The position numbers and the translations under genes were made by a program. From the IMG/VR virus record IMGVR_UViG_3300030107_006824, positions 6,255-70,254 of that record: a DNA stretch of 64,000 bases; one strand, given 5' to 3'. The stretch comes from a virus. The notes under the pieces were generated by a model. The model was given only the letters and a program-made list of their open reading frames with translations. It had not been told where the DNA came from and ran no database searches. Below, one piece after another: positions 37,531 through 47,900 of this stretch; within the stretch, counting starts at the first letter, position 1, and the number at the start of each line of letters is the position of its first letter.

Positions 37531-40524
37531 TTAGCTATTTTCTAGTGCTGTGACTTTGCCTTTTAGTATCTCTAATTCAGCGATTGTTTCTTGAAGAGCT
37601 GCAGTTAATAGAGGGACTAGTTTTGCCTGATCAATACCTTGATATTCAGGAATAGAACGTGTCCCCATTACAGCTTCCTTTGTATCTGTAGCTGGAGTAA
37701 CTTCATACTCTTCATCTTTCATTTCATCTTTTACGCCACTAACCGCTTCTGGAACAATAACTTGTACTTCATGTGCAAGAAACCCATCTCTTATATCATC
37801 ATCAGGATCAGCAATAAAGTTAAAGCGACAGGGCTTCAACTGCTTTAAACGAATAATTCCATCTGAAAGTGTTGATACTTTTTCCTTAAGTCTATAATCA
37901 GATGTAGTCGTATAGCTAACTGCTGCAGCGCCATTGCGTGTAATTTTCCCTACTTCAGTACCAGCAAAATTAGCAAACTGAATTAATTTAGTAGTAGTAT
38001 CAGATCCAGTAGGTCCTGACTTTATTATTAAAAGATCGTATCCAGCAGTACTTGTCCCGTAAAGCTCTTCTCTCATGCCCTTAATTTTTCCGTCTGACCA
38101 TACGGTGAATGTCTGATCGGTCGAGGAAAAAGCTCTAATAACTGGAAAAATTGGAAAAGCTGGAACTTGAAGTACCATGATTCCACCATCTGAAACTTCT
38201 ACTCCCGAAGCACTACCATTTGATAAATTAACTGCTCCTAATTTTATATCACCTGTAGTTACTTTTATATCACCTTGAGGTACTTCTATATCACCAGAAT
38301 TATCTATAGTTAATACATCCCTTGTGGCTCCTCCTCCACTGCTTTGGCGCATAACGAAGTGCCCATAAGCCTCAGATCCATTACATTCCCAAATAGATTT
38401 ATTTAAATTTGGACTGGACTCTGCTTCCATACTCAACTTAGACCACCCACTTTCAGTGGAACCTCCAGTTATAGTAAACTGTAATACTGGCAATCCCCCC
38501 TTTAGATGTAGTAAGGAGCTTGGAGCACTACTTCCTGTACCAATACCAACATTTCCACTACTACTAATAAATAATCTATTGGTTTCATTAGTCTGTAAAC
38601 CTAAACCTGATGTTGCGCTATTATGACCAAGATAGATTGCATTATTATCACAAGTTACGTAGCCTGTATAACTTTGAGCTGCGATCATTATATGACCGTT
38701 TCCTACTGAATTCGGAGAAATATTATCAGTATTACCGAACCTTGACTGCCCTTTAACAACTAATTTAAAACTAGGTGCAGTATCACCTATACCTAAATTA
38801 CCTGTAACATTAAAACCTGCAGAAACAGTTTTTGCTTTTAAATTATTGTTAAAGTATAACTCTACCGTGCTTGCATCATAGAACTTAGCACATGTTTTAT
38901 TTGAAGTGCCAATAGTCATCGCACTAGTAAACTGTAAAGTAGAGCCGTTTGAGGTTGTTCTATGTCCTATAATTAGATCACTATCCGCACCAAATATCGC
39001 ATATTTTTCATCTCCAAAACTAATATTGCCAGTCATTGTCCCACCAGAAGTGGACAATTTTGTAGATAAATTACTGTCTACATATCCTTTTGTTGTTAGT
39101 GTACCGTCGTTATCCCCACTAACTGTATAACTATTAGAATCGGCTTGTACCTTACTGGTAATAGTTTGTAAGGTTGTTATATCTCTAAGGACAGTTCTTG
39201 AATAATCAAGAGATCCAGCGGATGCCACCAAAGGTACCCAGTAGTCATCATAGTAAATGAAACATGAACCTGCATTAGTGCTACTGTCCCACCATAATTG
39301 ACCTTGTACTAAATCAGTAACGGGAGCACTTTCATTAACTGTTACGGCCATTTGCGCTGCTTTATCGAAAGCAGCCTTAACTGCTGTAGCTGAAGCTCCT
39401 AATACAGAAGAGGTTGTTGTCGTTGCATCTGTTAGTTTGATTACACCGTAATTTGCTTCATTAGCACCGGCTTGCTGAACCTTGGAACCAGAGAGCCTAT
39501 CTCCAGCTGCAGTACTAAACTGAGTATCTGTAAGTGTTTCATCAACAATATTTAACTTAGATACACTAACTCCTGTAGGTAACGTTCCTGTAGTAATATA
39601 ATCAACAGGTAATTGCTGATTACCGCTAAAGGAAATAGTCCCAGCCATTGTTTGATTATTAGTATCAGTCTTACTTAATGCGTTTGCTGCTAACGTATGA
39701 GTAGCAGCATAGGCTGCTGCTGTTGGCGCAAGAGTTGTTGAACTACTACTTGTTGATGCTGTTAATTGTACTATACCTGCATCTGATGTACTGGCACTAG
39801 GGAGACGAGAGTCGGGTACTGTACCTGCATTTAGATTACTAGCATTAAGATAGTAAGATGCCGCCTGACCATTTAATTCTGCAATATCAATATTAGCTGT
39901 TCCGTCAAAATTTGTACCACCAATTGTTCTTGCTGTAGCTAATGCTGTAGCTGTAGCTGCGTTACCACTATTTGAATTATTTAATGTACCTGTAACTTTT
40001 GCTGCTGGAAAAGTCTGAGATGTATACCAACCAAGCACTCCTCCCATTGTGATGCCACCAGCAATAGGAACTTTTAAGGCATCACCAGCATCTACATATG
40101 TTCGATCTGTAAGTGTTAATAACGGATCGCTAGACGTTGTGGCTGTAGTTAAACTTATTTTGCCTGCAATTTGCTGATTCGTAGATACATCATCTAAAAC
40201 TGTTCTTGCTAGATTAGCGGTGTTTATATCGTCTACATACTTCTTTGTTGAAACCATCTCATCAGCATCACCAGATACTGTATTCTCCGTTTTCAGCTTA
40301 CCTCCAATAACTTGTACGGCAGATGACGCCTTATCAGTAACTACTAGTGTTGTAACTTTTGGTAAAATTTTTACAATATCGTCTGTATCATTTTTTGTAT
40401 AAATTACAGGACCAACTCCTGCATCGTAGTTAATGGCTAACTCCCCATACTCCATTTGAGCTGAGGTAGGCGGTTTTGGAGCACCATTTTCTACAACATT
40501 GCTGCGCTTTAAACGTAATTTCAT
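37531..40524 (-). CDS. Long tail fibre with C-terminal S74 chaperone
   Basis: LKRS...P....GELAIN N-terminus; GNVGIG repeats; TSDYRLKE...GFLAHEVQ. Confidence 0.9.
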   Translation of the reverse strand: MKLRLKRSNVVENGAPKPPTSAQMEYGELAINYDAGVGPVIYTKNDTDDIVKILPKVTTLVVTDKASSAVQVIGGKLKTENTVSGDADEMVSTKKYVDDINTANLARTVLDDVSTNQQIAGKISLTTATTSSDPLLTLTDRTYVDAGDALKVPIAGGITMGGVLGWYTSQTFPAAKVTGTLNNSNSGNAATATALATARTIGGTNFDGTANIDIAELNGQAASYYLNASNLNAGTVPDSRLPSASTSDAGIVQLTASTSSSSTTLAPTAAAYAATHTLAANALSKTDTNNQTMAGTISFSGNQQLPVDYITTGTLPTGVSVSKLNIVDETLTDTQFSTAAGDRLSGSKVQQAGANEANYGVIKLTDATTTTSSVLGASATAVKAAFDKAAQMAVTVNESAPVTDLVQGQLWWDSSTNAGSCFIYYDDYWVPLVASAGSLDYSRTVLRDITTLQTITSKVQADSNSYTVSGDNDGTLTTKGYVDSNLSTKLSTSGGTMTGNISFGDEKYAIFGADSDLIIGHRTTSNGSTLQFTSAMTIGTSNKTCAKFYDASTVELYFNNNLKAKTVSAGFNVTGNLGIGDTAPSFKLVVKGQSRFGNTDNISPNSVGNGHIMIAAQSYTGYVTCDNNAIYLGHNSATSGLGLQTNETNRLFISSSGNVGIGTGSSAPSSLLHLKGGLPVLQFTITGGSTESGWSKLSMEAESSPNLNKSIWECNGSEAYGHFVMRQSSGGGATRDVLTIDNSGDIEVPQGDIKVTTGDIKLGAVNLSNGSASGVEVSDGGIMVLQVPAFPIFPVIRAFSSTDQTFTVWSDGKIKGMREELYGTSTAGYDLLIIKSGPTGSDTTTKLIQFANFAGTEVGKITRNGAAAVSYTTTSDYRLKEKVSTLSDGIIRLKQLKPCRFNFIADPDDDIRDGFLAHEVQVIVPEAVSGVKDEMKDEEYEVTPATDTKEAVMGTRSIPEYQGIDQAKLVPLLTAALQETIAELEILKGKVTALENS

Positions 40525-40588
40525 TGCTAAAAAGCCCTATAGATAGGAATAAAAATCCTGTCTATATTGTATCAATTGACTTTATAAG

Positions 40589-40807
40589 CTATTTAAATTC
40601 TTGTTCCAACCAAGTCTCCATATCTCGTTCAATTACTTCTTTAATTGTTGATTCTAAAATTACTTGATATCTAGTAACCAAAGTCGCTGTTTCAATTAAT
40701 ATTTCACGAAGTTTCTTTATATCATCACATGAATTAATTTCATCCGTCATTACCCGTAATTTTAACTGAGTCTCTAAAGGAATTTCAAATGCTTCTTTAC
40801 TAAACAT
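40589..40807 (-). CDS. Small helical protein, distant NblA-like candidate
   Basis: IPLETQLKLR...EI......LRE.L pattern. Confidence 0.4.
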   Translation of the reverse strand: MFSKEAFEIPLETQLKLRVMTDEINSCDDIKKLREILIETATLVTRYQVILESTIKEVIERDMETWLEQEFK

Positions 40808-40859
40808 AGTAATCTATAATTAAACTATTTGTATCTATCATACATAGTTTTTATATTGA

Positions 40860-42698
40860 TTAAAACTTGGTTTCAAGTAAAACTGAAGCAGTTTCAACTT
40901 CATCTAGATTTAAACCTTCAGACAAAGTATACACTAACTCTAAATTTGTAAATCCTGTACGCCTAAAGGAGCTATTCCTTTGTGACCAATTCTCTTCCAT
41001 ATCCTTCTCAAGTTTAGCTTCAAAATTTAAACGTGTCTCTAATGATGGATAAGTATTTGGCTCCTTGACTTTTAAATTATCATTAAACATTATTGCAATA
41101 GTATGCTTACACATTTTAAACCCTGTGCGTTGTTTAAATGATTCCCAGCTTTGTACAATACCAGCAACATCACTTAATCCTTCATTCTGAAAATCAATCT
41201 TACTCATCGCTGTTGGTAAAGGATATCTATATTGTCTATTATTTATTTTTGTACCTTCATCAGCTGTCTGCTCTGGTACACGGATAATTGCATGTGTAAA
41301 ATTAGGACAACTGCAGCAATACACATTTGCAATTGTAAGATTAGGACCTGTTGTAAAAACTTCATCCATCCATGGATCTACATCAGTATCTAATCGATAC
41401 CATGGATTCGGATTAGATGGATCTCCTGGAGTATGATAATCAACCCCATTATAGGTATCTAATGTTTTGCTTGTAAAGCTATGATCTGTAAATATAAGAT
41501 AACGATCTGCTGTATCACTAAATAATTTAATATTAGCTTCAAATGGAATCGATGTAATTTCTAAGTTACTTCCTACAGCTATTACAGAGTTAATAACAAA
41601 TGGCATTATTGAATATGAATACTTATTGCATTCTCCTGCGACCACATCTGCAGTTAAATACTGATTTCCGAAAAATCTTTGATAATACTCCTTGTTAAAT
41701 TTATAGGTCGGACTAAACTCAAAACTAGCAACTGAAGTCTGATATAGCTTTGCCATAGCAGAGATATCCAATACTGCTGGAGGTAAGTTTAATGGATTTT
41801 CTAAAATCTGAAAGTCTTGATTAGTCTTGGTTATGTCTAAAGTAATATCAAAATCATAATTATGGTCAGTAAAGGTTTCACCAGTGATTGTTTCCTCTGG
41901 TGAATAAGCACCTAAGCTACCGATCTGCCCAATCAAGGATTGAATATCGCCATTATTATTGATAATAAAATCTGTAGCTAATACTGTATTTAACGGTACT
42001 GTGACTTTTACAGTTGACTTATTTGTAGAAGTTGTTGTACCTATATATACTGCAGGGTGTAGCTGATCATTTAGTACATTCTTTAGTGTAGCCTCTGTTC
42101 TATTATCACGAATGCGTTCACCTATGCTGTATAAAAGAAGGTCACTACTATTTATAGACTTAACCCAAATTTCTTTATGATCATAATTGCTAGACCCACT
42201 AATAGTTCTTGTAGGATTAGAGCCTACTGTATAAGTCGTGCTGCTATCATTGTAAACTTGATTAACTGTTCCTAAGCTTGGTGTTTGTGTATTTGTACGT
42301 TTAACAACATAATGATTACTTGTATCTGTGCTTTGTGCTGCAAATCTCCATGCACTAAATTTAACGTCAATTTCATAAGAGGTCCCTTGATATAACTTAG
42401 AATCTACGAGCACAGTTTCTTTATTACCATTACCGTCTAATACAACATCGCCGTTAGCATCTGTTTTATATAACGTGTACCAATAAGCATTATAGAAAAA
42501 CTCTAGTCCTTTTCTCCACTTTGTCCAATTACTATCTAAATCATATTGTTGAATCACAGTACGTGTTACTGATGATCCAAATCTTCGATTACTAGGATAA
42601 ATACCTGGAGCAGCTATTTTTCCTGGCTTTAAGCTTTTATCAATGTTCTTAACAGAGGAAACTTTGAAGTTACCAAAGCCATTCTGTTTCTTGGACAT
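40860..42698 (-). CDS. Large hypothetical protein with split SWIM-type Zn finger
   Basis: YCCSCPNF ... MCKH; lies in the structural module. Confidence 0.6.
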   Translation of the reverse strand: MSKKQNGFGNFKVSSVKNIDKSLKPGKIAAPGIYPSNRRFGSSVTRTVIQQYDLDSNWTKWRKGLEFFYNAYWYTLYKTDANGDVVLDGNGNKETVLVDSKLYQGTSYEIDVKFSAWRFAAQSTDTSNHYVVKRTNTQTPSLGTVNQVYNDSSTTYTVGSNPTRTISGSSNYDHKEIWVKSINSSDLLLYSIGERIRDNRTEATLKNVLNDQLHPAVYIGTTTSTNKSTVKVTVPLNTVLATDFIINNNGDIQSLIGQIGSLGAYSPEETITGETFTDHNYDFDITLDITKTNQDFQILENPLNLPPAVLDISAMAKLYQTSVASFEFSPTYKFNKEYYQRFFGNQYLTADVVAGECNKYSYSIMPFVINSVIAVGSNLEITSIPFEANIKLFSDTADRYLIFTDHSFTSKTLDTYNGVDYHTPGDPSNPNPWYRLDTDVDPWMDEVFTTGPNLTIANVYCCSCPNFTHAIIRVPEQTADEGTKINNRQYRYPLPTAMSKIDFQNEGLSDVAGIVQSWESFKQRTGFKMCKHTIAIMFNDNLKVKEPNTYPSLETRLNFEAKLEKDMEENWSQRNSSFRRTGFTNLELVYTLSEGLNLDEVETASVLLETKF

Positions 42699-43174
42699 TA
42701 ATACCAGCCGCCAGAAAATCCTACAATAGGACCATCAGTAACGTTAGCTGCTGATTTACGAGCAACCCATAGACATGTACCTCCAGGTACAAATAATGCC
42801 TGATTTCTGGAAACAGTGCCTACATTAGGAACAGGAGCTAATGTAAATGGCATATGTTCCCATTCTTTCTTTGTTGGTGTAGCTGCATTATCAGAATTAA
42901 ATGATCCTATAAATACTGAATCAGTCCTCAAGAAATCAGATTGAGAACTAAAATAAAGCATCACGGTATAAACAGTGGTGCCTCTATTTAGTGCATAGAT
43001 ATCTTCAATAATACAGCCATCAGTACCGATTGCATTGACTGCAGCGATAGCTGTATTAGTGCCTTGAATGTCAATTAATGTAGCACTGCCTGTAATTGCC
43101 TTATCTGTGTTATATACAACATGTAAGGGGCTATCAATTAATAATGGTTGTTTGTTTGTTGCGGTTGAAGCCAT
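42698..43174 (-). CDS. Putative virion structural protein
   Basis: MASTATNKQPLLID start; beta-rich; ends GGWY. Confidence 0.6.
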   Translation of the reverse strand: MASTATNKQPLLIDSPLHVVYNTDKAITGSATLIDIQGTNTAIAAVNAIGTDGCIIEDIYALNRGTTVYTVMLYFSSQSDFLRTDSVFIGSFNSDNAATPTKKEWEHMPFTLAPVPNVGTVSRNQALFVPGGTCLWVARKSAANVTDGPIVGFSGGWY

Positions 43175-43185
43175 TGTAGTTTACC

Positions 43186-43812
43186 TTAAGCTGCTTGTGA
43201 ACGACGTTGTCCGGTTTTAGTATTCAAGCCAGATTTCTTCGGTTGAGCGTCCATAGCTGTAGCTGTCTTCGCTACATCAGGAGTACCAGCATTTAATGGG
43301 ATACTATTACTACTCTGCATAGGCATTTGTAATGGTATCGAACCAGTCATTGGTGCAGCAGATCCAATCATGCCCATACCACTCATCTGCTGGCCTTGAT
43401 TAAATTGAGAAGGCTGTACTTTAACATTTAAACCACGTTTAGCTGCATCTGCGGATGCTGCCATACCTGTCATATGACTCATATATTCACTAGGAGGCTG
43501 TGGTATTGTTCCATATGCGTACCTATTATTTTTTACACCTATTGGCTTATTCTCTGGAATCTGAGATCTAGCAGCAGCCTGTACAGGTGTAGTCGCCGGA
43601 GTAGTTACTTGAAAATCACCATATGGTGTTTTATTTGGTCCATATTGCTGAACCATCGTACTAGTTACATTAAGAGGGTTTCCTTCAATTTGTCCAGGTA
43701 AACCAGTCAAAGTTTTTGCTAACTTAGTACGATTTTCTTGACCAGGCACCGTGAAGCCGTTATTTTCAGCTTCTGTCTTAGGTTTTCTGTGAGTCCTTGA
43801 TTTTGAATTCAT
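43186..43812 (-). CDS. Low-complexity hypothetical protein
   Basis: P/Q/M/G-rich ORF in the late operon. Confidence 0.6.
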   Translation of the reverse strand: MNSKSRTHRKPKTEAENNGFTVPGQENRTKLAKTLTGLPGQIEGNPLNVTSTMVQQYGPNKTPYGDFQVTTPATTPVQAAARSQIPENKPIGVKNNRYAYGTIPQPPSEYMSHMTGMAASADAAKRGLNVKVQPSQFNQGQQMSGMGMIGSAAPMTGSIPLQMPMQSSNSIPLNAGTPDVAKTATAMDAQPKKSGLNTKTGQRRSQAA

Positions 43813-43814
43813 AA

Positions 43815-44138
43815 TTACACGCTATAAACAGAGGATGGATTATTGGCTGTGTGGCCAGCGGAGTCCTTAATCATTGCAACTCTATTAATTCGTTCTTGCT
43901 GAACTGGATCTACTTCAGGATCAGTTGTTGAAGAATTTTGAAAATCTTGAGATTCTGAAGAGTAATCTTCATCAGAAATGGACATATTTTCTGATGAATC
44001 CTGATAAATAGGGCTGGGTCTGCCTACTCCAGATATACTTGGATTCCAATCTTGCCCTTGAGCAACGTAAGCAGCTTCTTCATCAGTAGGTTTATTCCTA
44101 CCATGAGTAATTTTAGTCCACCCACTTCCAATAGTCAT
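43815..44138 (-). CDS. Hypothetical protein
   Basis: GAGGA RBS. Confidence 0.6.
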   Translation of the reverse strand: MTIGSGWTKITHGRNKPTDEEAAYVAQGQDWNPSISGVGRPSPIYQDSSENMSISDEDYSSESQDFQNSSTTDPEVDPVQQERINRVAMIKDSAGHTANNPSSVYSV

Positions 44139-44169
44139 AGTTTTTATTTAATCCTCAATCTAGTCTAAC

Positions 44170-44667
44170 CTATCTCCATGTTTTATTTAATTCCATTCTT
44201 GACCCAACTGCTGTATCCGCAGGGCCTGGAACTGCCATGATAAACTCACCGCCTGATCTTATAAAAGCATTCCTTCTTACTTCAGGTCTTCTATAATTTG
44301 CTACATACAAAGTCTCGGCTAAACGATCGCATTCTCTTAAATATACTTCTCTAAAATCAGCATCAGCTTTTAAGGGATCAGTCGTTGCAATTGCACGTTG
44401 AACATCTCCTGAGATTTGCTCTAATCTAGAGAAATTAAAGTTACCTGTACCTGATGCATTTGTATAATCGTCTGGGAAAAATGCGCTTGCTTTCCATGCA
44501 ATATCACATCTTGTTACTTGATATACCACCTCAGTCAACCAGTACTCATCTGGAACCATTGACATAGCTTCTTCTAAGCGTGCCCGATCACCAGCAGGTA
44601 GCTGAGAACCAGAATTATAGCCTAGATGAAATCTAATTTTAGATTTATAAAAGTCATCAATAACCAT
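44170..44667 (-). CDS. Putative head-tail adaptor
   Basis: Downstream of the capsid genes; IRFHLGY N-terminus; helical. Confidence 0.5.
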   Translation of the reverse strand: MVIDDFYKSKIRFHLGYNSGSQLPAGDRARLEEAMSMVPDEYWLTEVVYQVTRCDIAWKASAFFPDDYTNASGTGNFNFSRLEQISGDVQRAIATTDPLKADADFREVYLRECDRLAETLYVANYRRPEVRRNAFIRSGGEFIMAVPGPADTAVGSRMELNKTWR

Positions 44668-45071
44668 TATGCTAATCCTCCGTATGTACTAACCATTTCT
44701 GTATATACCTCTTCAATATGTTTAGCTTGCTCTGGAGTTACATTACCAGTTTTTAGTGCGGCTAATGCTTGTGCTGTTTGAGAAGGAGTAGTTGCTGCAA
44801 GGACTGCTCCACCTGAACCTCCCAACATACTGGCTACTAAATTTCTTGCTACACCTGCTGGCCTAAACCCTGCTCTTCTTACAGGACTAAATCCTTGGTT
44901 TCTCATAATAGGATCTTTTATATATCTATCTGCTTGATTATTTAGGACATTTCCTCCAGCACTGGCTGTATAGCCTAAGCCTCCTCCTGCTACACTATTT
45001 GCAATAAGATCTAATTCTGAATTCACATCTTCAGATTGCAGTTTTAATAGTAGTGCCTCTTCAACGGTCAT
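44667..45071 (-). CDS. Hypothetical Gly-rich virion protein
   Basis: Coupled to the downstream ORF. Confidence 0.55.
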   Translation of the reverse strand: MTVEEALLLKLQSEDVNSELDLIANSVAGGGLGYTASAGGNVLNNQADRYIKDPIMRNQGFSPVRRAGFRPAGVARNLVASMLGGSGGAVLAATTPSQTAQALAALKTGNVTPEQAKHIEEVYTEMVSTYGGLA

Positions 45072-45140
45072 GGTTACATTCCTATTGCTAATTAAGCACT
45101 GCTAATACTATTGTTATTGTAACTAATTAAGAAACATTGA

Positions 45141-45593
45141 TTATCCAATAAAGATTAAATCGTCTTTTATGAATTGTTCCCAATTTACTCTAGGAATATT
45201 CTCTAATTGTTTTAAATTATGGAAACGTTCACCTGATAATGACATCCGCAATTCCACAATCTTTTTTGCAGTAGCGTAACCAACACCTGGCAATCTTTTT
45301 TGGATCTGCTCAGCTGTAGCTACATTCATATTTAATCTGAACTCATCTATTGGAATAACTCTTTTTGGAGCTTGTTCCTCTTCTGGAGGTTTAAGCTGTG
45401 GAGCAGATACTTTAGTTAATCTACCCTTCTCTGCACTATAAGGTATTAGGCGTTCACGGCTCACATAAGTTATTGCCCCACCAGAGTCGCGTACTGCGGC
45501 AAAGTCTTTATCATGTGTACCTATAAACTCTAATAATTTACCTGTCTTTGAATCTTGAAAAAGATCTGTTGACTCTTCGGCCATATTAATCAA
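45141..45593 (-). CDS. Helix-hairpin-helix (ComEA-like) DNA-binding protein
   Basis: LNMNVATAEQI..LPGVG...AKKIVELR...F.NLKQL. Confidence 0.85.
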   Translation of the reverse strand: MINMAEESTDLFQDSKTGKLLEFIGTHDKDFAAVRDSGGAITYVSRERLIPYSAEKGRLTKVSAPQLKPPEEEQAPKRVIPIDEFRLNMNVATAEQIQKRLPGVGYATAKKIVELRMSLSGERFHNLKQLENIPRVNWEQFIKDDLIFIG

Positions 45594-45618
45594 CCTATTA
45601 CTAGTATCATTATAAGCA

Positions 45619-45652
45619 TAAAAAAGGCACTCTGTAGTGAGTGCCTATTTTA
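45619..45652. terminator. Bidirectional terminator after the capsid operon
   Basis: A6-GGCACTC...GAGTGCC-TATTTT. Confidence 0.75.
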
Positions 45653-45667
45653 GTTTTTAATTGTTTA

Positions 45668-46276
45668 TCATGAAGAACCAGTTTCAGTGATAAAGCTTAA
45701 ATTAACATCATCCAGACCAGGAGCTGCATGAGGTAAGAAGTAACCGATTTCAACAATAACCACAGAATGGTTAGCTGCATCATCGCCTTTACTTAAGACG
45801 TTACCTGTTACTTTAGCTGTAATTGCTGTATCACTACCTAAAACATTACCTAAATTAGTGTTCAACCTAAAGTCACTAGCTGCGCCGACAGTGAAAGCTC
45901 CGCCACCTGCAATATTAGCAGAAGTTTGTGAGCATCCTACATTTGCTGCCAGGGGTGTGGCAGCAGCACCTGTTCCAGGGGATACGACAGAAGATGCAGT
46001 GCCTGTGGTGGCCTTGCAGTTTACAGCGTTGATTGCAGATCTATAGATCAAAGCACCTTTAGGTACAGTCATAGTCTTATCTAGACGAGGCTTGTCATCT
46101 TGACGAAGATCAGGTGAAGGTACCTTAAGGGTTATTACATCATTAGGCTGCTGGTCTCCAGTGATGTAAGCTACACCAATTACAGAGTAGAAATCAACAC
46201 CGGGGAATGCCTCGACACCTTGTGCCTTATAGGCATTCAGTCGGGCTACAAAATTACCAGGATAAATAATAGACAT
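45668..46276 (-). CDS. Putative capsid decoration/minor capsid protein
   Basis: Follows the MCP with a GGAGG RBS; beta-rich. Confidence 0.6.
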   Translation of the reverse strand: MSIIYPGNFVARLNAYKAQGVEAFPGVDFYSVIGVAYITGDQQPNDVITLKVPSPDLRQDDKPRLDKTMTVPKGALIYRSAINAVNCKATTGTASSVVSPGTGAAATPLAANVGCSQTSANIAGGGAFTVGAASDFRLNTNLGNVLGSDTAITAKVTGNVLSKGDDAANHSVVIVEIGYFLPHAAPGLDDVNLSFITETGSS

Positions 46277-46291
46277 ATCAGTTACCTCCTA

Positions 46292-47422
46292 TTAAGCCAG
46301 AACATCTGTAAGGGAGTAAGCAACAGTAATGAAGTCCTTATTAAGGATTTCAAAACCAGCAAACAAGGACCAGATCATAATAATGAAACGACTAAAGTCA
46401 TCGTTGTTATTAAGGAGAATCTGAGCGTTGTTGCCACCAATGCCTACGCCTACAGCTTGTGGACCAAAGAAAATCATGGGAGCTGCTACATAAGTATTCT
46501 GATTATTGTCAATTGTTGCAAGAGCGTCCTTTTCAGGAAGGTTTGTAGATTCAAACCAACGAACACCTTCAAACAGGAAGCCTGTAGGCATTACTGGCTG
46601 ACCAGCAACGAAACCGGCTTGACCATAAGCAGGGCCATTACCCATATAGTTAATTGCACTTGGTGCCTGGTTCGGCATCATGGGATTTACCATTCCCTGA
46701 CCGGGATAGCGTGCAATTTCTCTGAAGGACGAGTCTTGACGGAGATGCAACATTGCAGTTGGATCTACAATACAACGGTAATAACCGTCAGCAAATGTAG
46801 GAACGTTGCGCTTTCTCATGTCTTTGACAACTGCAAGCAGGTCGTCAATAACATTGAATTTAGCTGTTGCAGCTGTGTAGCCAGTAAGGCTGCCACGAGC
46901 TTTACCGCCTGGATAGTAGTATCCACCTTGGCTACCACTTGCTTGGCTACCGTCGTCACCTTTCATCAGTTCGTCTGCAAAGACGCGATCACGCCAGCGG
47001 CGATAATCGTCAAGCAGGGTGAGGCTACCAATTGACTGGTGGAATACGTTTAAGTTACCAGTATCTAGCAGTAGTCTCTGAGCGGTGATGAGGGTTTCAC
47101 GAGCAACCTTAAAGGTTGAAGGCTGGTCAACATCTTTTGTATCGGCAGGACCAGTGTATTCACGTAATGTGACCAACACTTTGTCTTTGACGATATTGCG
47201 AGCGCTAGCTGTACCAAGAGTTTGATCAGCAGTCCTCTCGCGTGAGTCCTTAGTGCCAGGGGCTCCCCAGAAGCGGTAACGATCCAGCTGCACGGTTTGG
47301 CCGGGCTGCTTAGAGAAATCATGTACAACTACTGGCTCTACTGCCATCTCAATGATGTAAGCAGGGTGTGGCCTGTATAGTTCTGCACCAAGGAGCTTCG
47401 GAAAATCATTATCAATCCACAT
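46292..47422 (-). CDS. Major capsid protein
   Basis: 376 aa; PGQTVQLDRY, Y.CIVDP....LRQD, FEGVRWFES, FFGPQAVG; biased codon use. Confidence 0.85.
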   Translation of the reverse strand: MWIDNDFPKLLGAELYRPHPAYIIEMAVEPVVVHDFSKQPGQTVQLDRYRFWGAPGTKDSRERTADQTLGTASARNIVKDKVLVTLREYTGPADTKDVDQPSTFKVARETLITAQRLLLDTGNLNVFHQSIGSLTLLDDYRRWRDRVFADELMKGDDGSQASGSQGGYYYPGGKARGSLTGYTAATAKFNVIDDLLAVVKDMRKRNVPTFADGYYRCIVDPTAMLHLRQDSSFREIARYPGQGMVNPMMPNQAPSAINYMGNGPAYGQAGFVAGQPVMPTGFLFEGVRWFESTNLPEKDALATIDNNQNTYVAAPMIFFGPQAVGVGIGGNNAQILLNNNDDFSRFIIMIWSLFAGFEILNKDFITVAYSLTDVLA

Positions 47423-47534
47423 AGGATTTAATGCTCCATATAGCTACAAGGTTTACAAATATGGACATTAACTTGCCCACATATATCGATGATAGTAATT
47501 ATAATCTAGTTATAAAACCTTTTCCCGAGAATAT

Positions 47535-47900
47535 ATGGAAAAGTTTATTGATACAAGTGAGTGGGTTCCTATTCATACTATCCCTGGTTTTGAATGCTGT
47601 ATTGAATATTACATCAGTAAAGAAGGTGAAGTTAAGAGTACGAAAGGGAACACTGAACGATTACTTAAGTATAAATTCCACAAAGCTGGATACCCCATGG
47701 TTACACTGACGCAACGTATTGGCAGACGTAAACCTATATACGTCTGTGTCCATAAACTTGTTGCACTAGCCTTTCTACCTTCTCCTACAACACCATATGG
47801 AACTAATAAAGGGTCTACAATTATTGAGCATATAGACAATGATAATTCTAATTGTCATTGGACAAATCTTCGATGGGCTAAGCGAGTCAAAATGACGTAG
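47535..47900 (+). CDS. NUMOD4-HNH homing endonuclease-like protein
   Basis: EWVPI...Y.IS..GEVKS, VHKLVALAF, HID....N....NLRW. Confidence 0.85.
   Translation: MEKFIDTSEWVPIHTIPGFECCIEYYISKEGEVKSTKGNTERLLKYKFHKAGYPMVTLTQRIGRRKPIYVCVHKLVALAFLPSPTTPYGTNKGSTIIEHIDNDNSNCHWTNLRWAKRVKMT

Noticed and set aside
33171-40524. Diversity-generating retroelement or invertible tail-fibre cassette
   Set aside because: No reverse transcriptase, no adenine-variable repeat pair and no inverted fibre fragments were seen; the internal repeats are ordinary fibre modules.
46220-47035. 271-aa + strand ORF
   Set aside because: Antisense shadow of the codon-biased major capsid gene.
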